Shown piece after piece: positions 53,236 through 64,000 of a stretch of DNA of 64,000 nt (its first letter is position 1; the number at the start of each line of letters is the position of its first letter). This DNA comes from Octopus sinensis. Taxonomy: Eukaryota. The position numbers were made by a program, and so were the translations under genes. The notes beneath the pieces were generated by a model. It ran no database searches. It was not told the origin of the DNA and was given only the letters and a program-made list of their open reading frames with translations. The stretch is from assembly GCF_006345805.1 (NCBI RefSeq), contig NC_043000.1, positions 96,720,001 to 96,784,000 of the forward strand, read 5' to 3'.

Positions 53236-53429
53236 CAGTGGTTCTCAACGTGGAGCATACGCCCCACCGGTGGAGCCTGGGACAACTGTGGGATCCAAAT
53301 TTATTTATTATTTTTTTTTGTGGGACATAAAAGTGTGAAAATCTTTTTTTCGCAGCAACCATACTATGCTTTTTTTCCAAACCACCGGTGGGGCATGCAT
53401 TTTTCTGGAAAGTATGTTGGGGAACACGG
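53236..53429. mobile_element. hAT MITE
   Basis: CAGTGGTTCTCAAC / GTTGGGGAACACGG ends, an internal inverted CCCCACCGGTGG pair, and TSD GTCTAAGA / GTCTAATA (7 of 8). Confidence 0.8.
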
Positions 53430-54299
53430 GTCTAATATATTGTGCCACTCAACTGAATCTTTCGAACGCGGATTAGGATGTCTGAATGTGCAGCATCAGT
53501 ACATCCCAAATATGGTAGCAAACATTAAATTCTTTCGTACACCTGAGTTTTTGTAAGATGCAGGTAACTATTTGAGTCTGAAGTAAATTTACAAGAAAAG
53601 GGCTAATCTTTTGGTTGCTGTCTTAGTTATATTGAGCGATAGTTGCACACAAGAAAGATACAGGATGGTCACAGCTGGAATCTAGCTTCTGGATATAATC
53701 AGCGGTGGTCACAACAACCATTCAGTCCCTCGTTGTTGGATTCATTTTAAATAAAGGGCATGCGCCCCCCCCCCCCCACACAGACATCGGCCCATGCTCA
53801 GACAAGTTTCCACTTAATATTGGAAACGAATGACACTGCTCGAATGATAGATGTTCATTTACAATTGTTGTGCAATATCAACACTAAAACAAGCGCGCAC
53901 CTAGAGGCATATATGTGTATGTCTTCGTGTGTATTTACAAGCTATTATCAATGGCTTTAAATCGGCGAGCTGGTGGAATCTTTGAACGTCTGGCAAAATG
54001 CTTAGCAGCATTGCGTCCGTCTTTACGTTCTGACTTCGAATTACTCCGAGGTCAACTTCTTTACCTTTCAAACTTTCAGGGCCAATAAACCGAGTACCAG
54101 CCAAAGCACGGGGGTCGATGTAATCGACTGGTCCGTCTCCTCCCAAATTTCAGGCTTTGTATCTTATAATACATAGGATTATTAATAGCTTTATCTATTT
54201 CGAGTTCTACGGTTAAAAACAAATTATTTCGTGTTCTCACAAGGTTTCTAAATTCTTATGATACGAAACTGAAAGAAGCCCATCGTCCACACACACACA

Positions 54300-54352
<53 letters not shown>

Positions 54353-54353
<1 letters not shown>

Positions 54354-54745
54354 GGCGCAGGAGTGGCTGTGTGGTAAGTAGCTTGTTTACCAACCACATG
54401 GTTCCGGGTTCAGTCCCATTGCGTGGCATCATGGGCAAGTGTCTTCTACTATAGCCTCGGGCCGACCAAAGCCTTGTGAGTGGATTTGGTAGACGGAAAC
54501 TGAAAGAAGCCCGTCGTATATATGTATATATGCGTGTATGTGTGTTTGTGTCTGTGTTTGTCCCCCTAGCATTGCTTGACAACCGATGCTGGTGTGTTTA
54601 TGTCCCCGTCACTTAGCGGTTCGGCAAAAGAGACCGATAGAATAAGTACTGGGCTTACAAAAGAATAAGTCCCGGGGTCGAGTTGCTCGATTAAAGGCGG
54701 TGCTCCAGCATGGCCACAGTCAAATAACTGAAACAAGTAAAAGAG
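54353..54745 (+). mobile_element. tRNA-derived SINE family B (CORE-like central domain), best copy
   Basis: A box TGGCTGTGTGG and B box GGTTCAGTCCC (54407), then ATGGGCAAGTGTCTTCT (CORE-like CCTTGGGCAAGT in other copies), an internal TA/TG tract and a GAAACAAGTAAAAGAG tail. Other copies: 54770-55180, 56470-56740, 57020-57400, 19060-19470 and 15510-15660 (+); 4950-5345, 14200-14585, 14595-14745 and 21620-21960 (-). Confidence 0.92.
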
Positions 54746-55958
54746 TATATATATATATATATATATATAGGCGCAGGTGTGGATGTGTGGTTAAGAAACT
54801 TGATTCCCAACCACATGGTTCCGGGTTCAGTCTCACTGCATGGGACCTTGGGCAAGAAGTGTCTTCTACAATAGCCTCAAGCCGACCAAAGGTTTGTGAG
54901 CAGATTTGGTAAACGGAAACTGGAAGAAGCCTGTTGTATATATCTGTGTGTATGTGAGCGCGTGCGTACGCCTATGTGTGTCTGTGTTTATGTGACTGTG
55001 TATGTGTGCCGGTGCTGGTGTGTTTACATCCCCGTGATAGCGGTTCGGCAAAAAAAGTCGTATAGAGTATGTACTAGGCTTAAAAAATCAGTCCTGCGGT
55101 CGATTTGTTCGACGAAACCCTTCAAGGCAGTGCTGCAGCATGGCCGCAGTCAAATGACTGAAACAAGTAAACGAATGAAAGAGTATGTATAACTACTATT
55201 ATTAAATGAAAATGTAAATTAAAATTTATGAAATGCTACTTCAACATGCTCTTTATTATTTGTACTACATATTGATTGATTGATTGATTCTAGTTTCAGC
55301 TCACGAGCTGTGGCCATGCTGGGGCACCGCCATTTACATATATATATATATATATGATGGATTTCTTTTAGTTTCCGTCCCACACACGCAGTCATATGGG
55401 CTGTATTACACTATGTTACATAATGGCACAAACGACCTGTCACACTGATTCCAACGTAACAATCATGTATTGGATACAAGTACCTGTAGAATACGCAGTC
55501 AATAAGACTTATAATTTAATGGGATGGAATTGTTCCTCCTAAATAAAATTGAATGAGAAACGACAGAATCAGTGTTCCTCCTACAATTCATTCACATTGA
55601 CTTCAGTTCAAGTTTATTTATTTACGTATTTGCCTATTTTCTGTTATTTATTTTTACTGAAATCTTTTATTGAATTGACACCTTTCCAACTTACTTTATC
55701 TCCCCTCAACTACTACTACTACACTCTTCCTTTCTCCTTCCCTTTTTTTCCATATTTTCCTCCTATTTTTCCATTTTATTTTTTTTTCTTCCACCCTATG
55801 ACAATTATCATGTATGTGTATATATGTATGTATCCAACAAAAATCTCCAGTCAACTTTGCCCCGATGACCCTTTGAACATGCAGGTGAAAGACGAAAATA
55901 AAAATGTGTATGTGTACGTATATATGTCGATAATTATATAGATATACATAGATATATA

Positions 55959-56012
<54 letters not shown>

Positions 56013-56089
56013 AATATAATTTATATATATACACGAAGGAAAATTCATAACATATATTTTTTATGTATTTTAAAGGATAGAATATTATG

Positions 56090-56163
<74 letters not shown>

Positions 56164-59112
56164 CACACACAGCAATAAAGAAGTGATGCAGAACCAGTGC
56201 CTGTGTTTATTATTATTATTATTATTACTATTGGCGTTATGACCCTCCCAAGACAGGATCTGCTTCAACACACGAAGTCACATCAGGAACCTTGCAAACC
56301 AAATAGAAAAACGAAGTGTATATATACATATATACATACTAGAACAAACACGTACACACACACATAAATATATATAGCTATACATATATATGTAGATAGA
56401 TACATACATACATACATACATACATACACGTATGTGTGTATATATATATATATATACACACACACACATGGAGGCGCAAGAGTACCTCTGAGTTAAAAAG
56501 TTTGCTTCCCAACCACGTGGTTCCGGGTTCGGTCCCACTGCGTGATCTGGGCAAGTGTCTTCTACTATAGCTTCGGGCCGACCAAACCCTTGTGAGTGGA
56601 TTTAATAGATGGAAACTAAAAGAAACCCGTCATGTTGTGTGCCTGTTTTGGCCCTCACTACCAGTGTTGGTGTGTTTATTTCCCTATAATAGTTGTTCGT
56701 CACGATAAGATAAACACCAGCTGGGGCTGATTCTTTCGGTTTATATATATATATATATATGGGAAAGAGTGTTGGAGAGAAATTCTATTTTATGTGCCCG
56801 TGTAAACGTGAGTGTTCGTCTGCATGTCACTTTTTTCTATTGACATAAGGAACGTGACAGTGTTGTAATCACTCGAAAATCGTAAACTGCGAAAGAAACA
56901 TTAACTCGAAATGAATGAATATATTTGTTATTATATGTATTTAAAACTATAGTTCGATAGATCAGAAGGTAGGTATAGCACTACAATCCTCCGCCGCGGT
57001 TGATTGTAGTGGTAAATAGGCGCAAGGGAGGTTGCATGGGTAAGATGCTTGCTTCTCAAACATGTGGTCTTGAGTTCAGTCTCACTGTGCAGCACCTTGG
57101 GAAAGTGTCTCCTACGACAATCCAGTGCAGACCGAAGCCTTAAGAAGCCCATCGTGTGTGTACTTATGTGCGCGTGCGTGTAAGCATGTATGTGTTGTTT
57201 GTCCACCACTACCACACCACAACCGGTGCTGGCTTGTTTACATACCTGTAGCTTAACGGTTGAGCAATAGCGACCTGTAGAATACATACCAGACTTTAAA
57301 AACAAGTACTGGTGGGTTGGGGGGGGGGTCGATCTGTTCGGGTAAACCCTACATGCCCGCAATTCAATTACTGAAGCAAGTAAAAGATAAAAGATAAAAA
57401 GATTGAAACCTGCACACAGAAGACATGGAAGTAAAATGAAAAAGATCACTTCGCATACACTTGGTGCCGGGTTTGATCCCATTATTTGGCACTTCTGTAA
57501 GGTAATTGTAGCCAAATTCTTCAACTGTCGCCAGAAAAATTAACATGATATAGTATGGCATCGCAGTTCGAACGACCTACCATTCCCCGAGGTAAGTAGG
57601 CGAGGAAAAAGTGATCCATGAACAGGAGACCTGACCCGAAATGTTTACTAAGTGGGAGCTTTTCCACACTAGAGTTTAGCTAGGGACCAGTTCATGGTGT
57701 TAAACTGGGCGATAGGAGTGAACTTGGTAGGCGAAATATTTGCGTACGGCGAGACAAAAAAGCAAAATCAAACCGGTGTTTTGCATGGTTTATGAAGGTA
57801 TTTGTTCTACACTGAGTAGCAGACACTCCCTTGTCACTGTCGTTATTAGAAATATGGTCAATCAGTTAGTGACTAGGCCGGTGAAAACCTACAATCAACG
57901 ACGCAATTCCTTACTAAATGCGGTATTAATGTCTAAATGAATGAATAATTAAATAAATAAATAACCCTTACAATATATACATGTATTTCTCCTATTCGTT
58001 TTCTCAGATATGTATGAATGTGTATGCGCATAATAGTTTTTGGCAAGCCGGGCTCTAGACACAGAGAAGACACCTCACTTGGCTGACTATATATATATAT
58101 GTATGTCCATTTAGTGATGAATGTTAGAAAAAAAGGTACACAATACCACAGAGATCAATAGTATATTTTATATTGATCGAGTTAGTCAGACTCTTGCCAC
58201 TCTAAATTTCACCTGTGGATATACATGATCTTCATGTAAGCTATAACTTTCCTGAGACCCTATACACCTTCAGGTGAAACTCAGAATAGCAACAGACCGA
58301 CGACGATGGCTCAACTGGCCAAAACTTCGGAGTCATTATCAACAACATCCCTGTTTAAGAATAATACATTTGTACTGTATAAAAATACAGAGTAACCCGT
58401 CAAATTAATGTAAAACTATTTTTTATCATAACTGACATAAAAACAAACAATACGCTCACACACACACTGATCGACGGCTGTCTGTAGTTACAATTAACAA
58501 TACATATACACGCGCGGACGTGCATAGCCGCTGTGTTGAAATGCTACCAATAACTACATCACATGCAACATTCATTACTTATTATTCTTTCATCATTCAC
58601 AGAACATCTCTACATTATGCACTGGTACTGTACACATGATTTGGTGAAACACATCTTACTCATCATTCTTGGACAAATTTAAAATGATGGACATTGAATA
58701 TATTTCATAGTAATACCGCATCGAATTTGCGCACACATCCACACATATCCCACATGTATGTGCATTCGTTTAGGCATAAGTGTCTAAAATGTTTTGCGTA
58801 TGTATGTGTATGTATGTATACACACACACACACACACTCACACATATGGTGAGCGCGCGTATGAGAAAGAAAGCGTAGTTAAGAAGTACACAACCACGTG
58901 GCACTGTGTTCGATCCTAGTGGGTGCAGTACCATGAACAACATGTACTCGTGATGGCCAATAGTGTGTATTTGGTAGATAGGAACTGAAGGAGCTCACAG
59001 TGTGCAGGTACACACACACACACACACATATATATATACATATATACATATACACATATACACACGCATACGCATACATACATATATATACATGATATAC
59101 ACGCATACATAC

Positions 59113-59139
<27 letters not shown>

Positions 59140-59151
<12 letters not shown>

Positions 59152-59264
59152 CACCCCCCCACATATATATATATATATACATACACCCCCCACACACATA
59201 TATATATATATATATATATACATACACCCCCCACATATATATATATATATATACATACACCCCC

Positions 59265-59308
<44 letters not shown>

Positions 59309-59345
59309 CACCCCCCACACACATATATATATATATATATATACA
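59140..59345. repeat. Higher-order microsatellite: five units of CATACACCCCCCACA(CA)n(TA)n
   Basis: The CATACACCCCCC anchor recurs at about 59148, 59179, 59221, 59254 and 59304. Confidence 0.9.
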
Positions 59346-60901
59346 TACATACAAATATGTATAAATTATGTTTGCATTGTTCCTCTATGTCCCGTACTCA
59401 AGCTGTTCGATGAATAGATATCGATAAAACAAACTGAAATTGATGGAGGGATATTAGGTGTGTGTGTGTGTATACTTGGAAGTGAATAATAAAATTATTG
59501 GAGAGTACAGATTACAAAAGTAATTTGACTATACTCAGTAAAAATGGTTTAAAAAAAAATGGAAAAGTAGAGAAAATTGATTTGTTGATATACATAAGGG
59601 ACGGCAATATTCGAAAGTAGAAACGGTGTCACAAAAATCTATAAATAAAAAAAGAACAGATGCCGTATATTATTTTTTATACTTGAAGTGTATTTATTGC
59701 AGATACCGGTATACCGGTATGTGAATCACCAACATGATTATAGTATACAGATCGCTGATAAAGATACTGTATAGAGCAACTAGTCCGGTGTCAAGCGAAA
59801 GAGGGACCCACTATGCTGTTATTCTACATGCTAGAAGTAGCAGTCGAATTTTACTCCAGTAGTAAACTAAAAGACTTACTAAAAAGAGGGTTGCATTGGA
59901 TCATATAGTCCTTTTATCTCTACCAAAAACGATGCAACAGTTACGGATGGAATGCCTTTGATTGTAGGTCTAAGTGGGATTGATTGACCGACAAGTGGAG
60001 GCTTCAAGAACAACAACCAGTCCGATGTCTAGCCAACGAAGGAACTTCTACGTAGTTGCACAAAATAGCAACGAAACCTTCCTCACTGCACATCCTACTG
60101 TAGGGAACAAAAATGGAATAAGGAAGGGCACACTGAAAAATATAGTCGGATATATTCAAAAGAATAATATTAGTATGGTCACGTCTGCAACAGCTTTGAG
60201 CGTAAATACTAATCGATCACAGTTGTCCTGGGGCTAAACAGCAGCAACAACTATTCCGGTGTTTTGATTAAAATATTTCTCAGAGCGAAACAAAACTGGA
60301 AACAAGCACGTTTTGTGCGTATATATATCATATATATATATATATATGTACACACACACACACACACAAACACATGAGTTTGTGCGAATGTATGTATAGT
60401 GTGCGTATGTAAATATACATGTGTATGCATGTAACAGTGTATTGTGAAGATAAGTATATGTATGTATGTGTTGAAGAGTATGTTGTTCAGCATGTGAGTG
60501 CGTGTTCAAATATATGCATTATACATATGCGAGGATATATACATGTGCTTGCTTTACATGTGTATCTAGATATGTGTATATGAAACACGCAGAGATAGAT
60601 AAGCTTGTCTATAGATCGTACACACACGCACAGATATATATATATATATAAAACATGCGTGTGTAAGAAACATGTATGTGTGCAAGTAAATCAAGTATTT
60701 CAAGTCGTAGTCATTAATTAATTAATTAATTAAATAATTAATCAGTATATTCAAGATAAAGAAAATAAAGCAAGGTCCGCGGGGTGAGGGAAAAGATTAT
60801 AAAATAAAAATAAATATAAACAAGGGAGAAAAATAACCCAAAGAAAAACAAAAATACACAAATAATAATATTAAAAATATAATCTTTCTCTGAGAACTCA
60901 C

Positions 60902-60996
60902 CTGTCGTCGTAGGCAAAATCTGCATCGAAGGTGTTGATGTATAAAAGAAAAGCGGCTGCACCTGTAATCACCAATGTGGGATAATAGTGCTCCAT
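60902..60996 (-). CDS. TMTC2: First coding exon of a TMTC2-like protein O-mannosyltransferase (transmembrane and TPR repeat protein)
   Basis: Minus-strand translation MEHYYPTLVITGAAAFLLYINTFDADFAYDD plus AG, then donor GTGAGT (60901-60896). Matches the remembered TMTC2 N-terminus (human LALYLNTLSADFCYDDS/RAI), with the intron at the same phase-2 position as I recall it. An in-frame TGA lies 12 nt upstream of the ATG. This frame is not in the supplied ORF track. Confidence 0.88.
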
Positions 60997-62148
60997 CCTC
61001 CATGCTCACCAAAAATAAAATAAAAAGTGTAAAAAAACACCTAAAGCCGGAATCATATACTCGGAGCTTAAACTGTTTGTGTATTTCGATTAATATTATA
61101 ATAACAACTGTTACTAATGCAAAACCAACATAGCGAAGAAAGCGCCTCTGAAATTCCTCCTACATTTACTTCCAGTTTGTCTTTCACTCCCTCTGATCCT
61201 CTTTCGCTTGGCGCTCTCTTTCTCTCTCTCTCACTCTATCTCCACTCTCTCTTTCTGTCTCTCACACACACATACACACTTTTACTTTTTCCTCCTCCTC
61301 CTCCCAGTTACTCATTCCCATAGCCTCTATGTTTTCCCTCCTCACTCATTCATTTATTTACATAGCCTCTGTGTTTCTCTTTCTACCTTTGTCTATGTAT
61401 CTATCTAACAGTTTATTTTTCTATACTGACTGAGTCTGTTGCATTAGACTATGTGTTCATCTGTCTTTTGTTTTATATTAATTTCTTACTCTCTCATTTT
61501 TTCTCTCTATTCATGCATCCGTCTATTTCGAGTCTTTATCGTTTGTGTGAGTGAGTTATATATTTTATTTTGTATACATATATGTGTTTATGTATATTTA
61601 TGCATACACACACTCACACACACGATATATTTTATGTGTATTAATGTGTTAGATATATGAACGTATATTGTGTGTGTGTGTCTGTGTAATATATACATGT
61701 AGATATCAAATATATGTGTGGATAGATAGATAGATAGATAGATAGATAAATAGATAGATTTAAGTATGTATGATATACGTGAGTGCGTGTTCGAGTGAAT
61801 ATGAGCAGTTGGTTCTAACAACAATTCTTCCTGGTACCAGACGATAATATATAAATACTACACTTATATTTTACATTTACAAAGGTGAAAAAAGAGAAAG
61901 GCATGACAGGAAACAAGAGAGAGAGAAATTAAAAATATTTATGAAAAAAAAAGAAAAACAGAGGATGGACAATTGGGGGAAGGGAGACAGGAGAAAATGA
62001 ACTATAAAAGAAAGGAATAAAGAGTTTTGTATATAAAAACCAGTTATATTGTTAGTTCTATCTAGCAGTTAGCTACTGACTTGTCTTGTTAGACATAGCA
62101 TTTAGAAGACACTTATTCTTTAACACTGACACACACACAAACATATAC

Positions 62149-62290
62149 CGAGTGACTGACTGGGTGATTGGCTGGCTGGCTGGCTGGTTGAGAGTCCGTG
62201 ACTTGTTCGTCATAGACTTCGGCACTTTCCGTGGAGTCACTTGCCATCTTTACGGAACTTGTCGGCTTCGGTAAAGAAAATACTATATAC
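62149..62290 (-). other. Candidate upstream (5') exon containing a 33-codon ORF
   Basis: Non-repetitive, CpG-containing island between microsatellites. AAAGATGG start at 62247 reads MASDSTESAEVYDEQVTDSQPASQPANHPVSHS and runs into a weak donor (G/GTATAT at 62148). Confidence 0.3.
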
Positions 62291-62480
62291 TTGTGTAGTG
62301 TATATACGTACGTCGGTGTGTAATGTATATACGTACGTCGGTGTGTGTGTGTGTGTGTGTACGTGTGCGCGCTTATGTTTGTGTTTGTGTCTGTGTGCGC
62401 GCGCGTATGCATGTGTACTTGTGTGCGTGCGCATGTACATACAACCATGCATACAAACATAAAAACATACATTCATGCAA

Positions 62481-62519
<39 letters not shown>

Positions 62520-62579
62520 CATACACACATCTCTCTTTCTCTCTCTCGCTCTCGCTTTCTCTCTCTATATAAATATATA

Positions 62580-62618
<39 letters not shown>

Positions 62619-62881
62619 TGCTATTTCATTCTTTCTCGCACCACCAATTTTACATTTGAGATATAACTGATGACCTTACCCGCTTCATAGATTGTTCTCA
62701 TATACATCCCACCCGGCATCGAAATGCATGAACTGACAGAGAAATATGAGGTGAATCTTAGTTTGAAGGGCTATCTGACACGCTGGACCTTTAGGAGTTT
62801 TATTGTATCTTCATTATACAGGTAAACCATGGTCTGATTACAGTCTGGTCGTATATATCCTCTTCTTTCTCCTAATTCGAT

Positions 62882-63214
62882 TATGGGTTCTCAACCACTT
62901 TTTTCACCTATAGACCCCTCTGATAACTATTTTATTCTGGTGGACTCCCATAGTAATTTGATGTTTAAAAACTAGTTTTATAGAAACTTCTTTCAAAATT
63001 TCTATATTATTTTTCAAACGTAATCTTGTGTAGGTAGAATTATATAAATTATTAGTGAACGAAATCTAGCTGTTTCTTGCAATAGATACCAATACATACA
63101 CCTAAAACAAAATCGTTTTCAGGGGCTCTTAAAATACTATTCAGGATCCCTAGTTTACTATTTTGTTGCTTAGACCCCTAAAAGTTTTATATGGACCCTG
63201 GTTGAGAACCACTG
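62882..63214. mobile_element. hAT MITE (older copy)
   Basis: Right TIR GGTTGAGAACCACTG, left TATGGGTTCTCAACC, flanks AATTCGAT / GATTAGAT (6 of 8). Confidence 0.65.
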
Positions 63215-63364
63215 GATTAGATTATTGAAGCCGAACAATGGGTATATGGGTTCCCGCCGCTGGGTGGATGGATGCGCCTTCCATTCAGCTCACCGAGATT
63301 CTTTTATGTAGAAGTTTTCTTGGATCACCCGAAGAATCGTTGGCATGCCCCTCCCCTACTTGAT

Positions 63365-63770
63365 TTTGTTTCTTCATAACTTTCAGAAAAATGGATGATT
63401 TTTTTAATGAAATCTTCCACAAATACCATTCAGATGGTGTAGATTCTGATTATATCGGAATTTGTTGCGAAAACTTTTTTCCCGATGACGGGGAGGAGAG
63501 AGAAGTTTCCAATAATTCACACGACTCAAACTTCGATTCTTCATAACTTTCAGAAAAATAGGTTTTATTTTTTTAATGAAATTTTCTACAAATACCTTTG
63601 CTGTGAAAATTTTTAACCGATGAGGGCAAAGGAGGGAAGTTTCGGATAATTCAGACGAGTCGACTTTGTTTCTTCATAACTTTCTGAAAAACAGGTTTAA
63701 TTTTTCCGTAAAATTTTCAACAAATAACTTTTACATGGTGTAGATTTTGATTATATCGAAAATTGATTAA
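63365..63770. repeat. Three imperfect direct repeats of about 130-170 bp (probable DNA transposon subterminal repeats)
   Basis: TTCTTCATAACTTTC(A/T)GAAAAA at about 63371, 63537 and 63670. Units 1 and 3 also share ATGGTGTAGATT.TGATTATATCG. Confidence 0.8.
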
Positions 63771-64000
63771 AAACAAAAGTTGGTAGGCATGCACACATAC
63801 ATACTGACACACGTCTCAAAATTGTTTCAAAATTTCAAATTGAATGTCAGTATATATGTGTGCGCGCCAACCATTTATCTATTTACTTATTTATTTATTT
63901 ATTTATTTTCACATTAAATTCCGATATAATCGTGATCTACATCATCTGAAGGGTATTTGTAGAACATTTCATTTTAAAATATTCATTTTTCTGAAAGTTA

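Noticed and set aside
58879-59364. Long YI/VC/HT-rich ORFs here and throughout the track
   Set aside because: They are translations of TA/CA/TG microsatellites, which are stop-poor by composition.
60797-61012. Track ORF MVSMEDGALL... as the real gene product
   Set aside because: The TMTC2 homology is in a different frame. This frame is kept only as a candidate overlapping uORF.

Overview
AT-rich, microsatellite- and transposon-dense eukaryotic genomic DNA. The SINE families resemble those I recall from octopod cephalopods, so the source is probably Octopus (inference). The only host coding sequence I can support is the first coding exon of a TMTC2-like gene on the minus strand (60902-60996, MEHYYPTLVITGAAAFLLYINTFDADFAYDD/S, then a GTGAGT donor). 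I found no exon 2, so positions 1-60901 appear to be part of a first coding intron of more than 60 kb. That intron holds three tRNA-derived SINE families in strand-segregated clusters, four Tc1/mariner remnants, four hAT MITEs with 8-bp TSDs, a piggyBac-type MITE, RTE/Tx1/CR1/L2-like LINE scraps and an unclassified 1.2 kb TIR element that splits a SINE. It also holds non-autonomous Helitrons, including a head-to-tail array carrying a captured piggyBac transposase fragment. There is a fold-back Penelope-like array with a retained intron and several degenerate minimal hammerhead-ribozyme motifs. Nearly all ORFs in the supplied track are artefacts of simple repeats or SINEs. No CRISPR, rRNA or true tRNA genes were seen. 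All alignments were done by eye, and family names come from remembered motifs, not searches.
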